Below, one piece after another: positions 1 through 13,236 of a DNA stretch of 64,000 bases (its first letter is position 1; each line of letters begins with the position of its first letter). Source of the stretch: Amoebidium appalachense (lineage: Eukaryota; Protista; Ichthyosporea); NCBI GenBank assembly GCA_963693365.1, contig CAVNZM010000011.1, positions 2,278,989 to 2,342,988 of the forward strand. The letters run 5' to 3'. Below the pieces are notes generated by a model. The model worked only from the letters and a program-made list of their open reading frames with translations. It did not search any database and had not been told where the DNA came from. A program made the translations under genes and the position numbers.

Positions 1-2
1 GC

Positions 3-349
3 AGCGCATTGGACGGCATAATTGTCATTGACGAGAGGGGATTGGTCCGAAACTTCAACACCGCCGCTGAGCGTCTATTTGGCTGGAGGGCAGATGAGGT
101 GGTGGGGCAACCGGTGGCCATGCTGATGCCAGAACATATTGGGAGGGTGCACCAGACATACATCGATAGGTATCTGAGGAGTGGGGAGAAGGCCCATGGC
201 AGGGCCGTGGGGAGAAACAGAAAGGTATGTGGTTGGGTGTGGGGATTGAAGGGAGGATGGAGGAGGGTAGGGTGGTTGGGGGGAGGGGGGGGGGGGGGGG
301 GGGGGGGGGAGCTAATGGCTGACGGGGAGGGAAGGGTGGCTAGAGGGGC

Positions 350-400
<51 letters not shown>

Positions 401-628
401 GAGTTGGAGGGAGGGAAGGAGTCGGAGAGAATACTGACCTCCACACGAACACTACAACCACCACACACACAAATACACACACTTCTTGAACATGCACACG
501 GACACGCGCACACACACACACACACACACACGCATGTATACCATACAGTTGCACATACACACACAAACATATACATTTACATATACACATACCCACACAC
601 ATACACCCACGCACCCACGCGCGCGCAT

Positions 629-673
<45 letters not shown>

Positions 674-1094
674 CACACACACTCACACATTTACCATCCA
701 GCTTCAAGGGCGGCGCAAGGACGGCACATACTTCAGCATGACTCTGTCTCTCAGTGAGGTTGCAGGTGCCTCCACACGCTGTTTTGTCGGTTTCATCCGT
801 GACCTGAGTGAGCTAGAGAGACTTATGGAAGAGTTGGAACATAAGAGCAGTCATATCGAGGCCATCTTTAACAGTACGGTGGATGCTATGGTTACCTGCG
901 ACCAGCACAGCAGGATCAGTGCATTCAACACCGCAGCAGAGAGGATGTTTGGGTGGCCACGGCAGGAGGCACTGGGGCAGAACATAGCCGTGCTGATGGA
1001 GGAGAAGTTTGGGCAGCTGCACCAGCAGTATATGGACCAGTACATCGGGAAGGGTAAGAGAGGGGGGGGATGGAGAGGGAGAGAGAGAGAGAGA

Positions 1095-1154
<60 letters not shown>

Positions 1155-1237
1155 AGGGGAGGGGGGGGGGAAGGGAAAGGGAAAGGGAGAGTGGGGGGAG
1201 GGGGAGGAGAGAGAGTGTGTGGGTGTGTGTATGTGTT

Positions 1238-1285
<48 letters not shown>

Positions 1286-1306
1286 TTTTGTGTGTGTGTG
1301 TGTGTT

Positions 1307-1351
<45 letters not shown>

Positions 1352-2184
1352 GTTCGGTTGGTGCGGGTTGGTTGGGGGGTGGGGGGGTGTCTGCGAGGGT
1401 GTGGGTGGGTGGGTGGGTGGAAGTTGGTGGTTGGGTGGATGTCAGAGAGAAGGTGTGGTGGGGAGGGGAAGGTAGGGGTAAGGGGGTGGGGGGTGGGGCA
1501 GAGGGTCTGGGTTAAGGGGAGTACAATTTATAGGCACACTGGCTGACATCTATCAGCACATGCACAAGTAAAACATACTAGTGTTAAATGTACGTGACTA
1601 ATGCAGAAAATGTCAGCTCAACGTATGTGTTTACATGTTTGCGCAAGATAAGGGAAACGGGGGGCAAGGGCTCTATGCGTGTGTGCTAATAAGGTTATGC
1701 AGGGGACACTGCTATTGGGCAGATTCTTGGCCGGGGCCGGCAGCTTGTGGGTCGGCGACGTGACGGGGAGCTGTTCCCCATCCTGGTGACCCTCAGCGAG
1801 GTACGGCACAACCTACCGGGCAAGGAGAGAGAGTTCACGGCATCCATGAGGGATCTGAGTGAGCTCAAGAGAATAGCAACAGACCTGCAGACGGAGAGGT
1901 GTGTGTGTGTGTGCGTGCGTGTGTGCGTGTACGTGTGTGTGTGTGTGTGTGTGCCTGCTGCCTGCCTGCCTGCCTGCCTGTGTGTGTGTGTGTGTGTGTT
2001 TGTGTGCTTGTGTGTTTGTTTTTTTTTGTGGGGGGGGGGGGGGGGGGGGGGGGGGGGGTAGAGGAGGGAGGGCGGAGGAGGGGAGGGAGAGGAAAGGGGG
2101 GGTTGGGCGCTGACACAGGAATGGTGATAGGTTTGGACTCATGAAATGCCCCCCCTCCCCCCCTTACCAAGCTTTTTTTCTTCG

Positions 2185-2217
<33 letters not shown>

Positions 2218-4168
2218 TATGTGTCAAAAAGAAGAAAGGGGAGGGGAAGGCAGAAGGGGATGGGGGGGTGGGGGGGTGGGTAGCGTGTTTGGATAACGCA
2301 GTATATATTCATTGGGGGTGATGCACGCTTCCTGACTAGTGTGTTCAGGTCTGACAACAGCAAGATGCGCATGGCCGGCAACCTGATGATGCACTGTCTG
2401 GCTGCCATAACCACTGACGGCCAGGACCCAGACATGAGTGTCCACGCCACAGCAGCACAGGCACTCAGAGAAGGTGTGTGTGTGTGTGTGTGTGTGCAAA
2501 GAAAAATGGGAGGGGAAGGGGGGGAAAGGGGGGGGGGGGGGGGGGGGGGAGGGGGGGGGAGGGAGGGAGGGAGGTGTGTGTGTGTGTGTGTGGGGGGGGG
2601 GGGGGAGGAGGGGGGAGGCTTCCGCACATATACCTCAGCTGATATGTGTGTGCCTAGGTGATATGTGTTGGGCAGTGTTTGTGTGAGTAAGTACTCTCTT
2701 GGTGTGTACGTGCAAGTGTGGATGTGTGTCTTCACCATTATGGGTTCGTGTGTTGAATGTTGCTATGTGTTTGCATGAAGGGCACGCCCATGCGAGTCAC
2801 AATGTTTCTGATCAACACAAAGTATGGCACAAATCTACCGATGGATGTATGTGTCGAGCTTATTTGCACGCCAAGAATGTACCGGCATATTTTCTCTAGC
2901 AGCAGGTTGTAAGGAAACATATTTCCACGGTGGATGTGAAAGATCGATCATGCACTGACACTGTGCACATGCAGGCACACCCTTGGTTGGGTCCCCACCC
3001 CCCAGCGCCATGCACATTCAGCGGTCAGGCAGCATCAGCAACATGAGTGGGGGCTGTGTGTTTGCCCCCAGACCCCAACCCATGTCCCCTGCCCTTTCTT
3101 CATCCTCTCTGGCCGGGTGGCGACCCAGTGACCATGGTGTCAAGCGTAGCTACAGTGCTGATAGCAGCCCCTTGGCTGAGCCCCACCCAAAACGCCCCCA
3201 TGTGGAGCTAGATCGTGCCTCCCCATTGGCTGCATCCCGCACACCAAGCATGCCTGCTGTTAGCCGCACCCCCTCCGGCCCCCTGCAACCACCCGTGGCT
3301 CGAGATAGATCCCCGGCTAGCTGGGCAAGCAGCCCAGGCCCACGATGCCCCGTGTCACATGATTTGACGGCAGCCAATAGCATGCAGTCTCTGGCCCCAT
3401 CCAACGACCGCACACCACCACAGACCCACCATATGCTAAGGCCCAATAGGGCTGATGGGGGCAGAATGAGTTTCAGTGAGTTCCCACCCACACAGAGGGG
3501 GAGTGTGTCTGAGGGGCCTGGCAGTATTGGGCTGCTTGATCTACCGTTTGATCTGCAGGCACGGATTCTACTGCGATTGCCCCAGTATACACTGTTGCAG
3601 TGCAGGCAGGTCTGCAGGCAGATGGCGGCCGTACTGGTGCGTTACTCGTTCTATTTCTTTTTTTGATGGTGAATGCATGGATGCACGCGAGCATTTATTG
3701 CATTATTGGGACGTGTGGTGTTTGTACCGGTGTGTGTTTGCCTGCGGGTTATAGTGTACTTGTTTGTGGGTGTGTGTGCAAGCTGTGCGGACGTGCACAT
3801 TTCTTCGTGCTTGCGTGAGCGCCTGCATGTGTTGGTGCGTGTTGTGTGTCTATTTTGCGTGCCCCTGTTGCCTGCTTGTGTGTAATTGCGTTTTGTCTGT
3901 GTGTTTGTCCATTTTATGTGTGGCTCGCGTATTCATGACTGACGGTTTATCTGCAGGCCAAACTGCCCCTAGACTGGGCCATGCAGCCCCGTCCAATGGC
4001 CCGCAGGCTGGCGGCTGTGCTCGCAGCCTTCCCTCGCATGCACACCATCCGCCTGACCAGAGATACAGGTGGGTGTGTGTGCTTTTTTTTTTTTTTTTTT
4101 TTTTTGGGGGGGGGGGGGGGGGGGGAGGAGGTGGGCAAGAGATAAAGTGTGTGTGTGCGCGTGCGTGT

Positions 4169-4217
<49 letters not shown>

Positions 4218-4531
4218 ATGTCTGTGAAGGCGAAGGAGAAGCAACTCAATTTAGATAACGTGGAAACGTTGGGAGTGTTTCAGGAATAAGTCCGAATATC
4301 TCCATTCTTAGAAGAAAGGAACCACGGTGGCGTAACCTGGGAACGATTTCGGGATTGTATTGGATTTTTTTTAAGGGCCAGCCCTATAAGCTACTACACA
4401 GGGTTCAGAATTGCATGGTTCAGGTTCCGGCTCTGTGTCTGGTGCTTGCATGCGATATTGCATGGCATGTGTGTTTGCGTGCCGAGCGTGTATGCTCCTG
4501 CGTGTTCGTGTGGTTGGTGTGTGTGTGTGTG

Positions 4532-4619
<88 letters not shown>

Positions 4620-6103
4620 AAGTGTGCTGACACACATCACAGTGAGCAGGGAGTGCATGCAGGGGCTATCGCGGCTGACAGAGCTGCAGTCACTAGACAT
4701 GGCCTTCTGCCAGGTCCAAGGCCCGGCCCTGCTGGCCCTCAGCGCCCTCGCATCACTGGCTATCATAGGTGAGTGCCTGTGTGTGTGTGCACACATAGGC
4801 TTGGAAACACACGTGCCTCTTACATTCACTGCACGTGCAGAACCACTCTTGTGCGCTAACATGTTCACGCGCCGTCCAAGAACTCACAACACACAAGCAC
4901 ACCAACACACATACACATACACACACGGACACATGCGCCCGTTTTGTCAGGGGAACACAAGTGATCTAACCCAGTGACCGTATCCTGTTTATGGACATAA
5001 TCCCCCCGGGCTCCCCCCCCCCCCCCCCTCCCCCCACCCCTCCCCCCTGCACATGCTGACCTAGTGCTCAATACAGACCTCAAAGGCAATGAGGTCGGGG
5101 CCACCACCCGGGGGCTAGCAGCATTGACCAACCTGGCCACAGTCAACCTGACGAGCTGCAACGTGCCGGACCAGGGTGGGTGTTTGCACATGCTTTGGCA
5201 GGTGATTGGATGTGTGTGGGGGGGGGGGAGGGAGGGGGAGGGGGGAGGGGAGGGGGGCGGGGGGAGTGGTGGCGGTTAGGGGCTGAGGCGGATGGGGACA
5301 AGGGGGAAGGGGCGGCGTACAGTGCGAAATACTTGGTTCACCTGGGAGACCCAGGTGCAGAAGCGATATGTGCAAAGATGAACACATGAGGTGCGGGGGG
5401 GGCGGACGGCACGAGCAAGTGGGCGGCGGGGCACCGGGGGGGGGGGGGGGGGGGGGGGGGAGGTTATGTGGTTGGAGTGGATGCATGGTGGGCTGATTTG
5501 GTGTTGGGACCTGACGGGGCCTGACAGGGTTGTCGTTTCTATCGGCACTCAAGTCCATGCGACACCTACACCTGGGGGGTTGTCCGATCACGGATGACGG
5601 GTATGTGTGTGTGTGGATATGTCGTGTGCTTGTGCATGCGTGCATGTGTGCTCGTACTCAATTGTGCATGTGTGTGCACTGCATGTGTGCCAGCATATGT
5701 GTGTGGGGGCAAGGGGTGGGTTACGGAAACATTTTCCACACGTACAGGGTTCTGTGTGTTTGTGTGTGTGGCTGTGATCTGTGTGTGCATGTGACGTATG
5801 CTGACGTTTATTGCATGCACACAGTATGGGCCAGCTGACGCACCTGGAGGCACTGAGAGAGCTGGACCTGGCCGACACAGGTGTCTCTGCAAAGGGCATC
5901 GCCATGCTCAGGTGCGTGATAATTGGCCAATCACATGGCCAACACCCGGATATAGCCCCTTGATTGCACGGGTCTGATTGTGCCTGCATATGATTGGTTC
6001 ATGAACAAAGATGTTTTTTATGTGGAGCCGGACCGTCATCTCATCGCACAAAGAGTTGAGGCCTGTTGTCGTGACACACACAGCCGTTCTGTGCATAACC
6101 ACA

Positions 6104-6170
<67 letters not shown>

Positions 6171-7392
6171 ACCAACCCCTGTTCCGGCGTCACTCTGGCT
6201 CTTGCGTTGGGCTATATGTGTCATGGATTAATCGGGATTCCCACCGAGGCTGTGGTTAAGTATCGTCACTCTTCATAACCTTTCTGTATGTTCATTTTTG
6301 CGCCTTCTACAGCTGAACCCATTATCTCTGAGTCCTCCTCCAACTTACACATGCCCCACACAGTGGCCTCTCCCACTTGCGTGTGCTTAACCTGTCAGGG
6401 GGCTGTCTTGACGATGAGGGTGCACGTGCCCTGTGTGGTCTGAGCACACTGCACGTGCTGACTGCTGACTACTGCCACGGTCTGACGGATGAGGGAGTAA
6501 AGGCATTGGCTCAGTGCACGGCACTAAAGTCACTGAGTCTGGTGGATGCCGCACTCACGGAGGAGGGTATGTGTGTGTGGCTTTGTGTATGGGGGGGGAG
6601 GGAAGGGGGGGAATGGGTGGGTGGGGGGGGGGGGGGGGGGGGGGAGGGGACTGTGTGATGGTGGTGGTGCCGACGGGAGAGGGGTCAGGTTGACAGTAAA
6701 GATAGCCAAAAAAACCTTTTTTTTCCGTGGGGGGGGGATGATCCGGATATGCATTCATCTATGTGTGCATGTCGGTGTGCTTGTCCGCGCGTGGATGTGG
6801 CATGTATGTCAGTGAAATTATCGGATGTGTATGTGTATGGGAGGGAGGGAGAGGGATTGGGGGTTTCCCGATTAGGCTTCTAAAGCTAAGGGTCAAGGGG
6901 GCTGTGCTGACGTCACATGTGTGCAGGGTTGGAGGCATTGAGGGAGCTGGGCCAACTGTCAAGACTGGTGCTGTCGGTCGAGGTAGGAACCGCCCTGTTT
7001 TGTTTTGTTTCTTTTCTTTCCTTATTATTATTATTTTTTTTTTTTTTGACGGGAAGGGGGGGGGGGGGGGGGGGGGGGGGGGTTAGCCTATTTGTGTGCT
7101 GGCAATGGTGTTGAATTGTTTGTGTTTGTGGGAAAGTAGAGGAGCATAAGAGACTGTCGTGGCAACTGCCTGTCTAGAGACTTTTCGAAGGCTGTGGATT
7201 TGGGTGGTCGTATGAGGATGTTGACGGGCTGGCTAACATGAGTGTGTGGAGACGGAGAGGGGCCACTGGTGTGTGTCGTTATGTGCATGTGTTAGTGCTT
7301 GCCTGCGTGCGTGCGTGTGTGCGTGTGCGTGTGCGTGCGTGCGTGTGTGCGTGTGTGCATGCATGCAGTTTTTTTTTGTTTTTTTTTTTTTT

Positions 7393-7431
<39 letters not shown>

Positions 7432-7547
7432 TACAATTAAAATGAGCATTGCTTTTCTTCTTCTTCTTCTTCTTCTTCTTCTTCTTCTTCTTCTTCTTCT
7501 TCTTCTTCTTCTTCTTTTTTTTTTTGCTGTGCATACCTATGTGTGCA

Positions 7548-7589
<42 letters not shown>

Positions 7590-7906
7590 CTTGCACTAAC
7601 ATTCACCTAAAGGGCCAGGAGCCGTGGCTGAGGGACGATGGCCTGGGTGTAATTGGTCAGATATCAGGCCTCAAGACTCTGGTGGCGGCTGGGCAGGAGG
7701 CCATCACAGACGAGGGGGTGTGTGCCCTCAAAGGGCTGGGATTGGCCAATCTGGATCTCAGCTACAGCCAGGTCACTGGGGTCGGTCTGGGGGTGCTGGC
7801 CGGCATGCCCGCCCTGAGGATAGTCGAGCTGTATGGGTGCCAGGTATCACAGCAAGATCAGGAGGGGTTTGCTGAACGACTTCCCGGGTGTCGTTTGAGT
7901 GTGTGA
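3..7906 (+). CDS. Multi-PAS (FixL-like, putative heme-binding) / F-box / leucine-rich-repeat protein; 5' end lies upstream of the window
   Basis: 13 phase-compatible GT-AG exons: <3-224, 702-1053, 1703-1898, 2349-2473, 2975-3636, 3957-4068, 4643-4768, 5077-5175, 5528-5600, 5825-5911, 6364-6566, 6927-6982, 7613-7906 (TGA), about 868 aa in window. PAS-A: [75 protein letters not shown]: [56 protein letters not shown]-box: [31 protein letters not shown]. About 10-11 LRRs of the LxxLxxLxLxxxxITDxG type. Confidence 0.88.
7455..7515. repeat. (CTT)n microsatellite in an intron of the PAS-F-box gene
   Basis: Visible perfect trinucleotide run. Confidence 0.95.
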
Positions 7907-8000
7907 GGTGGTGGTGGTGGTGAGTGTGGTTGAAAGGGACCTCGTATTACTAGTGTGGTGGCGGTGGTGGGAGGCGAAGAAGGAGGGGGGAGGGGAGAGG

Positions 8001-8036
<36 letters not shown>

Positions 8037-8854
8037 GGGGGATCGGCGAACATGTGGAACATGCTGGTATGTATGTAGTTTGGTGAATGTGGGACACGTG
8101 TGGCTGTTCAGTAATACGTTCTTTTTGCCCTCTTTGAGATCCGTAGGTTTTCAATTGATATGATGGTTTTGTGTATTACTAAGTTTTAAGCGTTTTCGTT
8201 TACTTGTATGAAGCTGTTCGAAACTTTGTGGTGTGTTGTATTCCAATATGTTTTACTTCAATTTTCGAAGGTGCTTCGTATATACATGAGATTATGAACA
8301 GGACATGAATTAGCATTTTTTTTCCCCCATGGAAATATAAAGTACTACTTGGAAAAATACTGGTCTCAGTCTCAATTTGGGGCTTTGACCAGACTGCGTG
8401 CACATAGAAATGTTTTGTGATATCACAGTGCGCGTATATATATCCCCTGTATGATATACGGACCGGTATCACCACGCAGAGACTGCCCCATGTTGCGGTA
8501 CCCTTTGGAACCCGGAAAGCATGTATGTGCAATCATTCCCGGTTAAAATTATCACAAGGATTGACTCCTGCCCATGTAACATTTAAGGTGTGTGTCTGTG
8601 TCTGTTAGCAGTATGTTTAGCATGAATTTTATCTGACAATCTGCCGGGCCCAGCCTGACTGAGGCCGTGTGTGAAATTTTAGGGGTTGTGTGCATGGTTG
8701 GTTATTCACGGGTGTGTAACGCTGCCACACGTACGCTCGTCGTTCATGGTCATGTGCCACTGGGTAACCGTTGGATGGATCCATCACTGTGGACCGGTCG
8801 GTTTCTGTGTCTGTGTGTGTGTGTTTATGTGTGTGTGTGTGTGTGTGTGTGTGT

Positions 8855-8918
<64 letters not shown>

Positions 8919-9292
8919 CATTGTCGTGCCATATGCAAATGCATTGGTGTTACAGTCCCCCCCCCCCGGGGCCCCCGGGCACCCTGGGGCCCCCACCTCC
9001 TCCTCCTCCCCCGCCCCTCTTCGGGGGCCCTCGAGATCTCCGGAGCCTCAGTCGTAGTCATCCCCATCGATGATAATTTGATTTGATTTCATAATACTGC
9101 CCTTCCCGGCCCCACGTGGTGCACGAGGCTATTGCTGAGCATGATTACTTTTGTTGGCAAGTTAGCTATATATAAACGATCTAGTGGGTTCCACCCACGG
9201 CGATGTGGGCTCAAACTCGGTGGAATCATTTTGACACACACACACATTCTCGCCCCCCCCCTCCCCCCCCCCCCCTCTCCCCCCCCCCTGAG

Positions 9293-9341
<49 letters not shown>

Positions 9342-9352
9342 CTCTCTCCGAG

Positions 9353-9392
<40 letters not shown>

Positions 9393-9466
9393 ACTCTCAC
9401 TCACTCTCACTCACTCTCTCTCTCTCACACACACACACACAGAGTCTCTATCTCTCTCTCTCTCTG

Positions 9467-9597
9467 TCGGCTTGTACGGTGTGTGTTACAGTGTTTACGG
9501 TGCGCGCTGACGCAGCGCGTCTGTGTGCGCGTGTCTCTCTCTCTCTCTCTCTCTCTCTCCCCCCCCCCCCCCCCTCTCTCCCCCCCCCTCCCTCTCT

Positions 9598-9681
<84 letters not shown>

Positions 9682-9772
9682 CTCTCTCTCTCAGGCTCTC
9701 TCTCTCGGCTTGTACGGTGTGTGTTACAGTGTTTACGGTGCGCGCTGACGCAGCGTGTCTGTGTGCGCGTGT
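9467..9772. repeat. 68-bp direct repeat (9467-9534 and 9705-9772) separated by a (CT)n/poly-C tract
   Basis: tcggcttgtacggtgtgtgttacagtgtttacggtgcgcgctgacgcagcgYgtctgtgtgcgcgtgt occurs twice, with one C/T mismatch at a CpG. Confidence 0.9.
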
Positions 9773-9897
9773 GACACACCGCGTGTGCGTGTGTGCGTGT
9801 GTGCGCATGTGCATGCGTTTGTGCGACTGCACAGACCGTGTGTTTGCATGTGGCATGTGTAAGTGTGCAGTGTGTTTACTGGAAACGTTTTCGTAAG

Positions 9898-10096
<199 letters not shown>

Positions 10097-10213
10097 CGCG
10101 TGTGTGTGTGTGTGTGTGTGTGTGTTGTATGCGTATATGTGTGTGTACACATGTTTGTGTTTGTGTGAAGTTGTGTGTGCACGCTACAGTGTGCACGTGT
10201 GTGTGTGTGTACG

Positions 10214-10244
<31 letters not shown>

Positions 10245-10524
10245 CGCGTGCCGCGCACGTTCGTAATTGTGGTTGGGTGCTTATGCATGTGTATTAAAGT
10301 CACATCTGCGTGTATGATTGTGTGCGTGCATGTGCGTACATGCATGTGTGTCGCGATTTCTGCCTTTGGTCACTGAAGGGCGTCTCCTTCAAAATATGTA
10401 TGTCTCGGTTATAGTTGAGTTGAATGAGGCTCGAAGACAACATGTGTTCACATGTGGGTAGCTTCGGAGTCTGCTACACTTAGAACCTTGTGTACACACC
10501 AGGCACACACGTGCACACTTCTGA

Positions 10525-10665
10525 TCCCTCCCTCCCTCCCTCCCTCCTGCCTCCCTCCCTCCCTCCCTCCCTCCCTCCCTCCCTCCCTCCCTCCCTCCCT
10601 CCCTCCCTCCCTCCCTCCCTCCCTCCCTCCCTCCCTCCCTCCCTCCCTCCCTCCCCCCCCTCCCT
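10525..10665. repeat. (CCCT)n tetranucleotide microsatellite
   Basis: Visible run. Confidence 0.95.
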
Positions 10666-11190
10666 GCCTCTCTCAATAGGTAGTATGATCACTGTCACTG
10701 ACTCACTGTACATGTACAATGTACATGTCCAGCTGCTGTCACATGTACGTATTACTGTACTGTGACAATGTGCATAAACGTTAACTAAGATTTTTTTTTA
10801 CATCCCAAAAAAAATTCCTGCCAAAGATTATAATTATGTGTGCAGTGTCACTGGCGTGCACACTCAGCGATTGTTTCATTATTTGCTCATCATCCATAAT
10901 AAAACAATTAAAAAAAGTAGGAATATGTCTGCATTGGTCGATATTGTTTCTTCTCAATTGATATTTTGACATATTTGAGCATGTATCTCTTTTTTTCAGA
11001 GGGCCTGATGCATCCCACTACATACCCTGGCCCTACGGAGCGCCGCTCTCTTACCTCGATCCATTTCTTGATGCCTTTGCCGGCCGCCACCGCTCGGTCT
11101 TTTTCCCCCCACACCCCTCTTTTTTCCATCAACCCAAACTCTCGGTCACGTGACCTCCAAACCAAACTAAGTGACCGAGTTTGGGAATAA

Positions 11191-11622
11191 GGGCGTGTTT
11201 GGCAGCGCAGTTATATCGTGTCTTTATCGTATTCGTCTTTTCGCGTAATGTCACGATTCCGAAAATGTGTCATGCCAAACACGCCACAGCTTTCCGGACA
11301 CGATAAAGTCGTTGGACATCGATGTAAAAAAAAAAACACCTCCGGAGGTGATTTTCGAAAACACGATATAACTTTTAGCCAATCGGATCGCTTTTAGCTA
11401 TACTATTTATGATTGGTCAAACTGCTACTAATGAAATCGTACCAACGGTGATATTTCGCATTCTTTTGTTGTATCGAGAAATTCGAGATTTTTTTGGTAC
11501 GCCATAATCGTATCATTATGTACCCCTAAAGACGCATACCACAAAATAATTTTGTGAACACGAGTATTCGTCTTTTCGCAAAATGACACGAATACGATTA
11601 TTTTCGGCTGCCAAACACGCCC
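11191..11622. mobile_element. Non-autonomous MITE, Tourist / PIF-Harbinger-like (432 bp)
   Basis: Perfect 16-bp TIRs GGGCGTGTTTGGCAGC (11191-11206) and GCTGCCAAACACGCCC (11607-11622). TAA flanks both sides (11188-11190, 11623-11625), matching the TWA target-site duplication of PIF/Harbinger. The interior is AT-rich and non-coding. Confidence 0.88.
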
Positions 11623-11859
11623 TAAGGCATAGATTTGGGATTGGATTTCTCGAATTTGAAACTTGTATGTGACATAATGGCCCAAGGGAGCGGCCAATAA
11701 ATCATCATTGATCCCTGTTTTTGTACGCGTGTGTGTGGTGCACGTGTGACACATGCCACGGTGTGTGTACTGCATTAAACGGGGTTCAAGAGCGGGGCCC
11801 GGGATGGCCGAAGGAAGAGGGACTCGGGGGGAGGGGATCCGGAGGCCTAAGGTGGCGCG

Positions 11860-11902
<43 letters not shown>

Positions 11903-12649
11903 GGGGGGAGGAGAGGGGGGGGGGGGGGAGGGGGGGGGGGGGGGTCCCGGCGTACATAGGTTGTTCCAGCAGCTGGGATCATTGCACTTTTATTGGCCGC
12001 TCCCTCCGGCCAACAGCTCAGAGCTGCTAGATACAGCCATGATGTACGAGCCTCTCGAGTTGGAGGGCTGTAAACGTACACATTGCCTGTACATGTCCAG
12101 ATCTAATCGACCTTCAGCTGATATTGGTTCTATTCGATTGGCTAGATACGCACCTTTTAGTGTCCCCCAAAACAAAAAACGGGGTCTAGATCTGAAATCA
12201 AATTCGTTTAGTTTTCGTCTTGTATGATTCATTTTCACTGAACAAACATAACATGATTGCCGGCCTTCTAGCCGCAGTAATCAATTTAATTTTTGCATAT
12301 TTGCATAACAAAATAGGGGATGCACGTGCTTTCAGGTATTTCTACTTCTTCAAGTTCATGAGCGCGAATTTGACTGATACGAAACACCGCCCGACGGACT
12401 TACCGTATGGGGAGATTTACCGTTCTAAACATGCTCGCTGTTGTTTGGCTAATCACGAACCCATTACTGGCGCAAGGAGCCTCCAGCTGTGGACAGTTGT
12501 AAAAGCAGCCGCTGCACAACCTCGTTTTCTACATACAGAACACAGCACACAGGAAAACAGTACCGAGATCTTCGAGGGAATCACCCGTGAAAATTGTGAG
12601 ATACCTAATCATTATATCATAGAAGTGAGAAAAAGTAGGAGTGGGCAGC

Positions 12650-13205
12650 ATGGGGTCGGCGCAGAGCAAAAAGAAGTCCAAGGCCAAAGGCACAGCCAGC
12701 CAGTCACAGGACTCGCTGGCTGCCGGGGTAGAGTCTGTAAAAAACACAATAGCGGCCCCACCAGAAACAAGTACTCCCCTACAAACAGACCAGAAGGAAG
12801 AGAAGCAACAGCATAAAGTGGATAAAGCAACAGAGTGCCCTGCGGTTTCTCCAATGCCAGAGCAACAACCAGAACAAAAACGGTTACAGGAAGAACAACA
12901 CAGAGAGGAGGAGGAACAGCAGCAACAGGTGTGTGCGTGGTTGGGTGCCTGTGTGCGTTCCAGCTAGTGCTTTTGTTTTTTTCAAGACGTTTAAGTATTT
13001 ATGGGAAGTCTTGGACCTGGCTATCTAATTTAGCCTACTGCATCCAATCGCTTGCCGTGCACTCACCATCAAAATGCAATCCTCTTGCCCATCTGCACCC
13101 ACCAAAGCATTAAGCCCGTGTCTTTGGTTGTTAAAGATTGAACAACTAAAAAGAGCCAGCAGCACACTCTCGAAGAACAAAAGTGAAATTACTATTGATG
13201 CACGC

Positions 13206-13236
<31 letters not shown>

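Noticed and set aside
3-1898. LOV photoreceptor (ZEITLUPE-like) interpretation of the PAS domains
   Set aside because: There is no GxNCRFLQ motif. The pattern and the conserved His fit FixL-type PAS, and the C-terminus is LRR rather than Kelch.
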